The position numbers and the translations under genes are program-made. A DNA stretch of 64,000 bases from assembly GCA_050273025.1 (NCBI GenBank), contig CP158635.1, forward strand, positions 30,132,001 through 30,196,000. Reading direction: 5' to 3'. The notes under the pieces are model-generated. The model was not told the origin of the DNA and searched no databases. It saw only the letters and a program-made list of their open reading frames with translations. The stretch is from Cenococcum geophilum. Its lineage: Eukaryota. This document shows, piece by piece, positions 28,628 through 42,145 of this stretch (the stretch's first letter is position 1; each line of letters starts with the position of its first letter).

Positions 28628-28814
28628 TGTCACAGTACGTGCGGACTGTCAAGGTACGATATACGAGGTGACTGTATATCATTGACAAACGATGTCGTGT
28701 GAGGATCTATATAGGAGGTGAGGCGGTATATATACACGTCGCTCAGGGGTCAGGTCTGTGCTCGTGTCATAGCAACACCAAGTCATAACAATGCGTCAGG
28801 TCAGTGCCGTGACA
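28628..28814. mobile_element. Solo LTR (187 bp), TSD aagct, in Gypsy B pol
   Basis: Ends are tgtcac...gtgaca with a 5-bp TSD and little RIP. Confidence 0.9.
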
Positions 28815-30739
28815 AAGCTATTTAAAGAACTTAAGAAGTTATTTACCTAAGAGCTAATCCTTAAGATCTATTAACTAGGACTAAATATAGTTATAGAAAT
28901 AGATATATTAGACTTTATACTAGGAGTATATTTACTATAGAAGTATAAGAATATATAGCATCTAGTAGTATACTATAGTCGGAAAATAATACTACTAGAA
29001 CTAAACTATAACATATATAATAAGTTATTAGGTATAGTTATAGCACTTAAAAAATAGAGAGTATTCTTATAAGGCGCAGAGAAACTATTTATAGTTAAAA
29101 TGGATTATAAGAACTTAACGGGGTTCCTAATAATAAAAGAACTTAACTAAAGGTAAGTTAGATAGGCAGAAATACTTATAGAATACTATTTTAAGATTTA
29201 GTATACTAAGAGATCTAAAAATATAAGAGCAGATATACTTAGTAAAAAGGCTAAACTATAGAATAATGGGAAACTATTAGGAGCAATACTACGCAAAGAC
29301 GAGGATAGATTAATTAGATATAATTACCCTAAACTCGTAGCAACTTAAGAGGATAATAAACTAGAAAGAGTCTATAAGATACTAGGAAGCTTTTAGGTAT
29401 AGAGAATTCTAAAAGTATAGCTAGAAGATCTATAATTAAATATATATAAGAACTAAAAAGCTAAATATATTCTAATAAGCATCGTAGAAGATTTTATAGA
29501 AGATTTCTATAGGGGAATAACTTAAGGACATAATGGAGCAACAGGCTTAGTATTAAGGCTTTAAGAAGAATACATTATTAATAGAATTTAGGGTATCGCT
29601 AGAAAAGTAATAAAAGAGTATCTAAATTATTAAAGGAATAAATTAATAAGGTATAAGCTATATAGAGGGCTATAACCTATTAAAATACTAGAGAGACTAT
29701 AGGAGGTTATATTATAGGACTTTATTATTAAGTTACTAAAATTAAGAGATCCTATTACCGGATAGGAGTATAACGTAATCCTTATAATAGTAGACAAGTT
29801 AACTAAATAGGGCTACTTTATAGCATGTATAGAAGAAATTTTAGCGAAGAATATTACTAAAATTTATATTAAGGAAGTATTTATAAGATATAAAGTACTA
29901 AGTAAAATTATATCGGATAAAGATCTAAGATTTATAGTAGTATTTTAGAAGGTATTCTTAGCGGAATAAGGGGTTCGCGCAGAAATATTAATAGCGTATT
30001 ATCTATAAATAGACGGTTAAATAAAAAGATTAAATTAGACGCTAAAATAGTATTTAATATATTATATTAATCACGCGCAGAATAATTAGGTATTGTTATT
30101 ACTAATATTATAGTTTATATACAATATAACACTATAAAAAGGAATAGGCATATTACTATTTAAGGCAAACTAGAGATATAAGCTAAGAATATTATTATTA
30201 CTAAGATAAGTAAAGAAAATAAATAGCATAGCTAAAAAAAGAATAAAGACACTAATAAATCTTTATATAGACCTTATAGAATTAGCAAAAATAGTATAAA
30301 AGAGAATAAAAAAGTACTATAACGTTAAGAGATCTAAGGGACTAGATCTTAAGGAGGGGGACAAAGTATAGCTACTATATAAAAATTTTAAGAGTTAACG
30401 ACTAAGTAAGAAATTAGACTATGTTAGACTAGGACCTTTTAAAATTATATAAAGGATTTCGCTGGTTATATTTAAGTTAAACTTACTAGCTAAAATAAAG
30501 ATTTACCCTATATAGTATATTATAATACTAGAGCTAGTATATAGAAATATTATGCTATTAATCTATAAAGCAGATATATATAGAAGATTAAAGGAAAACA
30601 AATCGCAAGTTTTAAAAATTGTTAATTATAAGAATATTAATAAAACTACCTAGGAACTACTATAAAACCTAAAAAAGGCTATAGGAAAGGTATAAAAGTA
30701 TTAGAAGAGAATAGGTTAAGTAATATTAAAAAGGAGCTA

Positions 30740-31350
30740 AATATAAAGGGATTAGTTAAAGGTAATAGATAAGCTAAATTATCTAAGAGATCTACTACTA
30801 GCGTACTAGTTATTTCTGCCTTAACTTAACTAGAATTCTTTTTAGCCTCCTCTACCTTAAGCTTAGAGAGACCTTACTCTACTAAATAAAGCTCCTTAAA
30901 GCATACCTTTTTATAAACCTTTACTAAATAGGACAATTAAGTATAAGTATTAAGTTAAGCCTTTAGAGCCTAAGACGCTTTATTAAAATAACGTTAAACT
31001 TTAGTAAGGGCCTTAGCTAGCTTACTCTCTAGTCTTTCAGCCGCTATTAATACGTAAACCCCTAAAATAAATTAAATAAGGAACCAGACGGCTATAAAGA
31101 GCAATAAGACGCGTATACTTAGCATTAGAGATAGATTAAACATTATAGGATAATTGCATATTCGCTCGCGTATACTTAGTATATAAAGAAGGTTAGCAAC
31201 TAAATAGAGCTACAATTATAATATATACTAACTTCTTCTCTATATAACAAGAATAGGATAGTATAACTTTACTAAGTAAAAGAATAAATATCACTAGCTA
31301 GTTATAGTAGTTAGACGTAAAAGATCTAATAGGAGGTATTAGAAATAATA
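30740..31350 (-). pseudogene. Antisense accessory ORF of Gypsy B, homologue of 18031-18700; ends approximate
   Basis: Same Cys spacing after RIP reversal and the same intron position (acceptor at 31062), followed by coiled coil AAERLESELAEALAE. Confidence 0.65.
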
Positions 31351-32040
31351 AGGCTATTAAATTAAAGATAGGAATACTATACCTCTAATAAATAACTTAG
31401 AGATAAAGGATATCTTTAAAAATAAAGATAAAAAGGAGGGGGATAGTGTTACAGACCTTATATCGGCAGTAGTAGCACTATTAAAAAGAGATATAAACGG
31501 ACTAATAGTAAAAGTATAGGAGGTGCTAAAGCCAGTTAAACTATAGAATAAGGGGTAGCTAAGTTATATAGTTAGTTACGTTATAAGTTTAGAATATAGG
31601 AACGTAGGAATATAGAAACGTAACGTACTAATATACTAACGTACTAACATACTTAGTACATTTCTTAGGCGTAGTATTGTGTATTTAAAGGACCGCAGTC
31701 CCTACCTAGATAGTTCTCTTCTTTATAGTAAATCTTAGAATATAATTAGAGTTAATCTATTAGGCAACTACTTTACCAGTTATTATTACGTTATTAACTT
31801 CTTGTTTACCTATATACCTAGCCCATTAATAAGTCTACCGTAGCTCCTACTATAAGGCTTCGTTATATCTATATATATATAGAAAAGGTATAGGAAATAA
31901 GAACGAGAAGGGGGTAAAGGAGTAGTAATAAAAATAAGGGGTAGGTAACCAAGTTAATAACTAAGTCAATAACTAAGTTAATGACTAAGTTAATAGGAGG
32001 TAGCTAAGTCGGTAATAAGGTAACCTAATTTAGGTTAATA

Positions 32041-32936
32041 GATACGATTAAACCTTAATATTTGGGGCGAACCGTATACTTTTTCTAGCATTATTCTTAG
32101 GCAACTAAGAGCTCTGCTACCTTACTAAGAAATAGTAATATAATACGTTATAGTGTTAAGCTTTTTACTAACTGGTTTTATAGAGACTTTTTAACTTCCT
32201 TAAAGACCGGCTGACCGCGTATTTAGATAAGATAAAAGACTTCCTATTTAACGAGTTTAACTCCCAAGTTTCCATTTTAACGGTTTATAAGACTTTTAAG
32301 AGAGCTTGCTAGTCTCGGAAGGTAGTAAGAGCTTAGGCAGTATAACGGAATAAGACCCTGCGTAACGCCTAAACTAGTATACAAAAGAGCTGGGTAGTAG
32401 ATTAGCTTATCTTCCTTAATAAGTCTGCTTTAAACGAGAAAATAGGTAATAGAAAATATGGTTAGGCACTAATTGGATCTGGTTATAGAGCCACACACCC
32501 GCTTAAAAGGTTAGAGAAGTAGAGCGTTCTATTAGCGCTAATAGTAGACGGATATCTAAGCTACCTTATTCTATAAGGCTTTATTACCTCTATAATATTT
32601 AAAGCCTTTATAGAAGAGTAGGTGCTTCCTTACTATACGCTATATCTAGGGCCGTAATTAGTTCTTATTCTTGATAACGCATCTATTTATAAGTCAACAC
32701 GACTCTAAGAGCCCTATAAGGAGTATAGTATTCTACTAAAGTTCCTACCACCGTACTCGCCAGATTTTAATCCTATTAAGGCGACGTTTAATAATATTAA
32801 AGCGTGGATTAAAAGGAACCATCGGCTTATAGAAAACTTTATAAGCTTTAAGGCCTTTCTATATTTTGCAATTGGGTAGGTATATGGCATATATATAAGA
32901 AAGCACTTTAAGAAGGCAGGATATATTGTTACTTAA
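32041..32936 (+). pseudogene. IS630/Tc1-like (DDE_3) transposase relic, 5' part cut off by Copia C
   Basis: Motifs LIFLNKS (FLDES), VLILDNASIYK and FLPPYSPDFNPIKATF. Confidence 0.9.
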
Positions 32937-33825
32937 TAACGGGATAAAGGGCAAAGTAGGCATAAAAGCGGCTGCCATTTAGAGGCTATAAAAGCCAATA
33001 CCAATCGCTATATATATATATCATCTAATTAGGCAAGAATAGTAGCCTTATTTAAAGCCTTTTGGACGCGTTAGTGGTTGTAAAAATTAAAAGAATTGCG
33101 AAGTATGCGAATTTTAGTAGGGCGCGATGTGCGACGTTACGGCTCCGCGCGAGTTCCCAATATTTTTAAAAACATAGTAATGCGCTAGCTATACGATAAA
33201 AACGGATTCTAAGAGCCTTAATTAATTGTATAGATATAGAGCTAATTATATAATATAAAGCTAAACGCAAAGCTATATATAGAGCCTTAGTTAATCAATA
33301 GTATAGAAGCCTTAATTAAATTGAGTGACTGTATAGAAGTTACAACTAGTTAGGGAATTGAATTAAGCTAGAGCCTTAATGTTAGAACGTCGCCGTCACT
33401 AAATTAAATTAGTAAAATATTGTTAAATTAGAGCCTTTAACGGGCCCGACCTTATTCCTTATTTAAACGACAAATAATTGTAGTATAATTGTTACTGCTA
33501 TTCGAATTTAGTACTGCGCCGGCTGCGCGATAAGAATGGATACTACGGCAAGGGACCTATATAAGGGTAATAGCATAATATTGGAAAACGGGCGCCGTAG
33601 AACGGTAAAGTAGTATATAAAAGAGGCGCTAATAAAGATGCTCCGCAAGAGATTGTATATAGGGCACAGCTAACTATATTAAGCCTATACTATCCTTATA
33701 TAACTAAAGATAGAAATAGGCTGTATCTGGCTAAGCTAGTAAAGGACCTTATTAAGGATTATAAGGGAATAGAAATTGGATGTATAGGAACCAGCGCTTT
33801 TCCTTAAAGGTCGTCTTAATAAAAG

Positions 33826-34018
33826 TGTGACGGCGCTGGAGCGCGTCACCTAGTCAGGGGTTCGCTTAGGACTTGGCATATGTATATAGACGTCGCCTCA
33901 CCACCTTCTCTTGCTCCTTAGCTTAATATCTTCGTAATACAGCATTCGTTCGCTTGATCTTGCAAGCATTCGTTCAAGTCTCTGTTAAGACATTTGTTCG
34001 ATGGTTCGAGCCGTCACA
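33826..34018 (+). mobile_element. Solo LTR (193 bp), TSD aaaag
   Basis: Ends are tgtgacggc...gccgtcaca; a close inverted copy lies at 54316-54508. Confidence 0.92.
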
Positions 34019-34650
34019 AAAAGGACTGTATTGTGGATATAAGGGCAAGGGATATATAATGGAGGTAGTTATAATAGCCCAGAAGCTGCCACTGGATGGC
34101 TTTAAAGATATTAAGGACAACTTAGACGAAACGTGGAGCTAGTAGTATACTACCAGTAGTAGAGGTAAAGAAGTAGCCGTAAAAGCCTAGGAATATACTA
34201 AAAGAGTAAAGAGTAAAAATAGTTTAGAAAGGGAAGAAAAGCAGCTATAAAGAGGTCCTAGAAAAGCACTAGGCCTGCGAAAATAATCTACTAAAAGCTG
34301 TCGTTTATACTTATAAGGAAGGAAGTCTTAAGATAGGTCTCTAGATTAGACGTCTAGTAGATATTAAGCCTTAATTAACTATAGATGCAGAGCCTATAGA
34401 TATAGAGCCTTAATAAAATGTTAACGGATTCGAAGCCTTAATTAAGTACGTAATAATGTAGAGTCTTAGTTAGATAATGATATAGGAGCTTGGCTAAAAG
34501 CCTATGGATATAAAACCTCAATTATATATATAGTAAAGGACGCCTTAAGTTAAGCTAGAGCCTTTGTTAAATCTTAATTAATTAGATACCACCTTAATAG
34601 TTAAGTTAAATTAGCTAGAGCTTTTAACTAGGCTGACTTAATACCCTATT

Positions 34651-37600
34651 TGTTAGCGACTTAGTTAATTAAGTTATAAGTACAATAAGAGGGACGCGTA
34701 AGCCTATATGATTGGATTGTCTATAAACAAGAATCTAAAGCTAGGGAAAGGAAAGGAGAAGAAGAGTAGCGCCGCTTAATGTTTTATAAGATCTTCGCGT
34801 TACGTAACCGCAATATACGACAATCTGTGGTAACTTACCGGTGTAAAGTTCTGCCAAGTTCTGCTAGTGCCGTAACATTACCCCCCCCCCTTTAGTAAAG
34901 CCTGCTCTTAGGCTTTATATATCTATATTACTCCTATAGGGCGTTCTTATCTTTATATTCTTCCAGTAGCCTATCGCCTTCGCTATACTAGCACTCTATT
35001 TACTCGTTTAGGTACTTTAAGGGTTCTAGTTTATTAGGGTAACGGTTATAGAATTTTTAAAGCTTATGGAGACTGCTAATAAAGTTCCATATAGGGTACT
35101 AAGTAGGGTTTAGGTTATAGCCTTTCTAACTAACGCGGTACTTTAGCGTTTTCCTTACTAGTTTACAGGCTAGTACTTCTTTAATTTCCCATTTGTCGTC
35201 GCTATTAACTTAAATTAGTAGGGGAGGTTCATTCTTTTGTCTAGGTAATAGGTTGTGTACAGCTTTCTATAGCTTATTTAGTAAGAAAATAGGGTAAACC
35301 TTAACCGAATCCGGGAGCTTTACTTTATATAAGTTACCTATCTTCTTAAGGACCTCGTATGGTCCCGCTATCTAATAGTCTAGCTTATGGCTAGGCCGTT
35401 CCGTCTTTTAGTTCTTTGTTATAACCTAGACTATATCGCCTATAGTAAAGTCGGGTTCGCGCCTATACCTATTTACCTACTATTCTATTAATTTTTAGGC
35501 CTTTTTTAGATTTATATAGGCTACCGTTTAAGCTTCCTCTAAGCGCTTAGCGTACTGCTGGGCTTCCTTATAAGATAGTTTCTCGCGTACGGTTTGTAGT
35601 CCTTCTGGTCTATCCCAGTTAAAGCTTATTTAGGGTAAATACCCCATTTCTAGTTAGATAGGTGCAAATCCCGTAGAGTTATGGGGTAGGGTCGCCTGGG
35701 CGTAGTTTATTAGGGGTAGCAGTTTACCCTAGTTGTTTTAGAAGTAGTTAATAAAAGGCCAGAGTCTCTAATCTAAATATTAATTTATAATCTCCGTCTA
35801 ACTGTTTATTTAGGGGTGGTATACTATAGAGAGCTTTAGCCTAATACCTAGGATCTGGGTAAACTTATTTTAGAAGGATAATATAAATTATAGGCTGTAA
35901 TCGGATATAATAATATCTAGTAGTCCGTAAATACGGTAAACGTAATGGATATATAGTCGGGCCGCCTCCTTAGCATTAATATTCTTATAATAGGGAATTA
36001 AAAATAGGCGCTTGCCAAAGCAGTCAACTAAAATTATAACCATATTATATCCGTCGCGGTCTATAGGTAGCTTATAGAAGTCTATAGAGATATACTACTA
36101 GGGGCGGTCGGGTCTTAGGAGAGGTTTTAATAGTCCTAGAGTTTTATCTCGTGGAATTATAAACCTACGGCAGTTATTGTAGTTCCGTATATAACGGTTA
36201 ATATTTATAACTATTCTAGGCCAGTAGTAATAGTTACTAATAATCTTACGGGTCTTATTTTTTCTAGGGTAGGCCGTAGAGACCTAGGTATATACTTTAG
36301 TAATAAGCCGGGTTTATAAGTTCCGTTCCTCTATTACTACTAGCCGTTCTTAGTGCTTAAGTAGTCCATTTTTAAGAGACTATGGGCTAGTAATATCCTT
36401 TGCCTTTTCACGGTATTCCTATAAAGAATGGTCCATACAGTTTACTTACAGTAGTTTATTAATAAGGTCGAATTCCATAGAGTTAATAGGACATATCTTG
36501 GCGTTTGGAGATTTAGTACTTAGTTCTTCCCGTATCCGAGGGTTAAGGTACTTTAGTTATAGTAGCGTCTAGGTCCGTAATAAGATCTTCGCGGCCATCT
36601 AGTCATTTAGGTCCTATTTACGTCTTATAAGAGTATCCGCACGGTTAGTAGCGCCTAGCCTATATATAATTAGGAAGTTAAACTAGGATAGAACGTCTAC
36701 CTATCGCGCTTGCTAGGCTGTAAGGGCCTTAGTTATTATAAAGTATTCCAGGGCCTTATAATCCAAAAATACTTAAATAGGCTTAGGGGTCCCTTCTAGC
36801 TATACTTGCCAATGCTAAAAGCTAAAGATAATAGCCAACATTTCTTTATCGTAGATTGGGTAGTTTAGCTTAGCATCTATTATAGTCTTTAAGTAGTAAG
36901 TAATAGGGTGCTATTCTTCGTCCGTTTGCTTCTAGGAATAAACGCTAGTAATAACACTATCTAAGGCATCCGTTTCTAGCATTAAGGGCCGTTTTAGGTT
37001 AAAGTAGGCGAGTAAGGGAGCGGAAACCAGTCGTTTCTTAAGCTTATTAAAAGCCTACTTATATGCGATATTAAAGTGAAAGGGCCGGTCCTTTATAGTA
37101 AGGCGGCTAAGGGGCTAAGTATTTCTGCTATAGTTCTTAATAAAGTGTCGGTAGAAGTTATAGAAGTTTAAGAATAACTCTATCCCTTTTACGGTCTATA
37201 GTAGTTCCCACTAATTAATTACAGCCGTCTTTTCTAGGTTAGCCTTAATTCCGTTTATACTAATAATAAACCCTAGGTACTTTATATACTTTATACTAAA
37301 TTCTAACTTCTTAATATTAGCCTAGAGGCTAGCCTTATAGAGTCGTTATAGGACCTTACAGACGTGCTCCTTGTATTCTAACTCGTTCTTAGAGTAAATT
37401 ATAATATTATCTAAGTAGGCCGTATAAAAGTCATTAAGGTAGTTAAAGAGTACATCGTTTATATATTGTTGGTATATAGCCGGTCCGTTAGTTAGTCTAA
37501 AAGGAAGTACTTTACACTTATATAATCCATATTAAGTCTAAAATATAGTAAGATCTATAGATCCGGGGTCCATTCTAATTCAGTAAAAAGCCTAATAAAT

Positions 37601-40599
37601 ATTAAATTTTATAAATACCTTGGCTCTATTTATTTAGGCTAGTATCTTATTAAGTAGGGGCAGCGGATAACGGTTTTTGCGGGTTATATTATTAAGCTTA
37701 TAGTAGTTAATACAGAAACAAAGTCCTCTATTTAGCTTTTTTATAAAGAAAATAGGGAAGGCAAAAGGGGCCTAGCTAGGCTTAATAAACCCCTTTACCA
37801 GGTTATTAACAGAATACTACTTAGTAGCCTATAACTTGGTAATAGATTATTTATAGAGGGGGGTATAGCTAAGGGCGTTTTCCTTATCTGACTTAATCTC
37901 AATCTTATAGTCATATAGTTAGTGCGGTAGAAGTATATTAAATACTGCCTTAGAGAATACGTTTTTAAACTTTTAGTATTAATAGGGTAGTTTCTATTCT
38001 ACTAGCTCCTCGTCTATAACCTTGCTTTCCTTTTCGCTAAGCTTACTTTCCTTTTCCTTAAGTATTTAGTTAATTTTGTATAAGCTAGTTGTAAAAGCAA
38101 TAGTATTAGGCTAAACTAAGTTCTGGTAGAATCCTATAGCGCTAATATAGCAGATATCGGCTAGTGGGAGGTCCGTAGGTTTCCTTACAGCCATTTACCG
38201 GACCATATTTTACAGTCTAGAGTTTGTAATTTTTCTTAGCTCCTATTCCATCTTCCGTAACTTATCCCTCTAGTCTATTAGTTTAGTATAGCGTTTAATA
38301 TTCCTTACTATTCTTTATAGCTATATAGGGCCTAAGCTCTCTATAGGGGGCTTTTTTAGGTTATTATTAACTTTCTAGGTCTTTAATGCGGGTGGCGTAA
38401 TATAGGTAGTTTAGGGGCGGCGTAGTATACAGATCTATTGCGGATTAAGCTATATATCTTTCTTAAAGGCCTAGTCCCTATATATAGTATTGGCCTAGTA
38501 AATAGTATTAATCTAGGGCTGTATAAGATTTTCTATTATAATGCTAATTTCTTTTATAAAGGAAGGAGTTGGGGGTAGAGTTTTGGGCTAGACAAGCCGT
38601 CTACTTTATACGTCTAGTTATAAGCCTAAATAGGCTAACTATTTTCTCCCTAAGATTATATTATAGCTTCCTAGGTCCGTAATAAGGAAGGGAATATTAT
38701 ACTACCTTTATCCGTTAATACGAAGGTAAATCCGTAATATAGTCGTAATAGGTAGTCCTACCTATCCGTTATACCTATAAATAGGAATTAGCTTAGGCAG
38801 TTCTTCTAAAGGCGCATTTAAAAAGTTAGCCAGTTTTATAGCGCACTTTATATTAATTAGGGTAAAGGTATTTACTCCTAAGTTAGCTAAAGCAGAGGTT
38901 AAAACTTAATATTTATTACGGAATAAAGTATAAGAGATAGTGCAGCTTCTTCTACTAACTAGCCGACCTAGATTAATATATAATATATCAATTCCTTTTA
39001 ACCCTAGGGAGGAGTCTTCCCTTAGAGTTTCTCTTTTTCCAACTCTATACTATTTTCCTAAATTAATAGGACCTTATTTATCTTTACCTTTATTAGGCAG
39101 TTCCTTATAGGGTGGCTAGGTTAACCGTATAAGAAGTAAGCTCCTTAATTGCTAAGGGTATATATATAGGGGTAGCTATATATAGGCCGAGTGTACACCA
39201 GACCTATAGTAGGGGTAGCTGCGCGGCTAGCTGCTAGGTTAACTATAGGCTAAGCGGCCGGTGCTGTAGGGGTTGCCAATCGTACTGGGGCACTATAGGC
39301 CGTTCTCGCAGTACTTGTAGCCTAGTTTGCGAGGTTTCTAGTTTTTAGCTAATTGGCGCGTGCCTTAATTCGACAGAGGCCTTAGTTAATAACTAGGCAA
39401 TAGTCTATAAGTTCCTTTAATATTTATACTGTAGTATAAGCTAGTAATATGGCCCGCTATAGGTCCAGGGTAAGCTTATTAAAAAGGTCTAGTAGTAGGT
39501 CTTTCTAGGGGATCTAGGCCTGTCCAGCTAGGTATAAAAAGTAGGTCTAGAAGGCTAAAAAGGTCTCCGTTGTTTTTATATTTAGGCTTTTATAGCTAAG
39601 GTAGGCGTTTTATATTTTAAAAGGGTCTTTATAAATAGAAGACAAGTATTTAATTATTTCTTCTTTAGAGATAAAGGGGTCTACTAAGTCTTTAGTATAT
39701 TACGGGCGTAAATATATCTAGGCGTCTCCACTAGTACGGCTAAAGATATAGGCTATCTTAGATCGGGGGGTAGGAAAGTAGTTAGCATTAACTTTAAGCT
39801 TATCCCGTAATTAAAGCTTCCAGTTATTAAATATTAGGTTTATTCTATCCGTAAGTAGCGGGGGATCCGCGACCTTACTAACCGCTTTAGTGCTATATAG
39901 GCCTTAGTAAATCCACTAAGGCGCTAGAATAGGGCCTAAAGGACTATAGCAAGTCTTTAGTTATCTAATAATGACTTATTATTAAATATAGGGGTATCTC
40001 TAGCTTTAAGCAGCTCTCGCAGTTATTTAATTTCGGCATTAGCTGCCGTAAGCTCCGCCTAGGGGGTTAAAACGTTAATTGTTTCTTTATCTAAAGTACT
40101 TAAGGGTCTTATAGCTGCTTTACCTGCTACTGTATTTCGTGGCATAGTAGTAGGGGTATTAGGTAATTCTGGGTAATTTCTTTAGGGGTTTTGGTCTATA
40201 CGTGTTTTATAGGTCCTTTCCTTAGGGTTCTATTTTTTTTCCTTTTAGGTCCTGTCCTTATAGTCCTAGTAATATCCTTAGGGTCTTATTCTGTATTCTT
40301 GTCCTATTTATAGTCTTATAAATATATTTAAGTTCCTTTTTAGGAAGAGAGAGTAGAAAGAGCTTTAGATAATATTAGCGACTTAGTTAATTAAGGTATA
40401 AGTACGGTAAGAGGGACAAGTAAGCCTATACGATTAGATTGTTTATAAACGAGAATCTAAAGCTAGGGAAAGGAAAGGAGAAGAAGAGTAGCGCCATTTA
40501 ATGTTTTATAAGATCTTTGTGTTACATAACCGCAATATACGGCAATCTGTAGCAACTTACCGGTGCGAAGTTCTGCTAAGTTCTGCTAGTGCCGTAATA
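34651..40599 (-). mobile_element. Ty3/Gypsy chromovirus E, full length, 227-bp LTRs (34651-34877, 40373-40599), TSD ctatt
   Basis: Paired LTRs and a G-run PPT at ~34880. RT reads AYLDNIIIYS (~37400), followed by RNase H, integrase and chromodomain WEIKEVL...YRVS*KGY (~35050-35200). Confidence 0.95.
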
Positions 40600-40855
40600 C
40601 TATTTAAACGTTAGTTAATTATATATTGTTACAGCTAGATTAAATTAGTTACCTATTACCGTCTAGTTATATATCTTTAATCGGTAGTTAGAGATGCATT
40701 ACTATAGGTATGTAGGTACTAGGCCTAATTAGGAAACTAGTATATAGCTAGAAACGGATTAGTTAACTAAAACAATCTTTTTTATAAATATAGATACAGA
40801 GCTTTATATAGAGTCTTATATAGAGTCTACGGATATAAAGTATATAGGTATAGGG

Positions 40856-41235
40856 TGTTACGGGACACCCCCGTAATACCTTGCACACGTCTACCTATTT
40901 CCACCGACTTAGCAATTAGAGACTAACCACGAGATAGCAACCTAACGGCAATCTAACGGCAATCTAATGGCAATCTACGGCAATCTGCCACATTCTACTA
41001 TATTCTACCAAGTCCACTAAATCCTACTAAGTTCTGCCAGGACCGCTTCCTAAATCCTATTTTACCCCGTGCACGTATTAACTAAGCAACTAAGTTAACA
41101 ATATAGACCCTTTCTTCCCGTTTTCTTACCTTCTTTCCTTACGCAACGTCTTGACTTCCTTACACAGTTCATGTACATAGCTTAATAATATCTACCTTGT
41201 TATATATTATCGTCGCTTATACTCACTCCGTGATA
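40856..41235 (+). mobile_element. Solo LTR of the Gypsy C family, TSD taggg
   Basis: Homologous to 50714-51081 and 62780-63149. Confidence 0.93.
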
Positions 41236-42145
41236 TAGGGCCTTAGTTAGATAATAGTACAGCGGCTTAACTAGATGCCTATATATGCGAAGCCTTAATT
41301 AAACGGTAAATACGGAGCCTTAACCGATTAGACGCCTATATAAAAGCTTTAACTAACTATCTATAAATATAAAGCCCTAGTTAAATATACAGTAGAAGAC
41401 ACCATAAGTTAAGCCAGGCCTTTATTAAATCTTAATCAGCTAAATATCGTCTCTATATTTAAATTAGGATAAGTAGAGCCTTTAACTGGGCCGATTTTCT
41501 ACCTTAATTAAACGACCGAACAATTAGTTGCAGCACATCGTTACTAACTAACTAGATAGTCTTTGTCCGGCAGTTAAAGTAGATATATACATACGTACGT
41601 AGATACTAGGCCTATATAGGAAATTAGTATATAGCCAGTAGATTGTTGGAAGTATTACTAGTTAATATTTTAGAGTTACTCTTACCTAATTAGTTAATTG
41701 CTTAACGCTTATAGATATAAGCCTTATATAACGTAAAGTTATAGATATAGAGCTAGCTACGGATATAGAGCCTAATATAGGGATTAGTACATAGCTAAAT
41801 ATAGAGTCTTAATTAATCTAACGACTAGCTAAATAATTAAGCTAGAGCCTCTACTATCTTAATTAACTGCCCTATTACTACTGCTACTACCGCTATTCCG
41901 TCCGGCTATTTTGCCCCTATTATCTTAACTAACTACTTTATCTCTACTATTTTAGATCTATATCGCTGCTAAATCTACTAAATCTATTATATTGTCTAAC
42001 TTTTCTAACTAATCTATTCTAGGCCTAATGCTATTTTAACTGTTCTACTATTGCTCTCCTAACTGCTATACCCTACCGTTTTAATTGCTAGGCTTGGTAC
42101 TTAATCACCTAGGTTTTAATATTGAATTAAATTAAATGCTAAGAC

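Larger units (their letters stand above)
10062..31867 (+). mobile_element. Ty3/Gypsy element B, full length, LTRs 10062-10490 and 31447-31867, TSD tctat; hosts element D and two solo LTRs
   Basis: Paired LTRs, 5-bp TSD and PPT aaggagggggatag. gag starts ~10531 and protease ALIDSRV is at ~13485. RT, RNase H and integrase lie at 27863-30700 (YLNNIIIY = YLDD). Confidence 0.93.
8762..32040 (-). mobile_element. Ty1/Copia element C, 5' part: gag 8762-~9860; 5' LTR split into 9982-10061 and 31873-32040 by Gypsy B
   Basis: The PBS-like gttataagcc (de-RIP gttatgagcc) abuts the LTR on the minus strand. De-RIPped gag reads ILSSQADWDEWI...INP, with knuckle CYCGAIHWFQDCPY (~8930-8980). LTR ends are tgttaa...ttaata. 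Confidence 0.7.
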
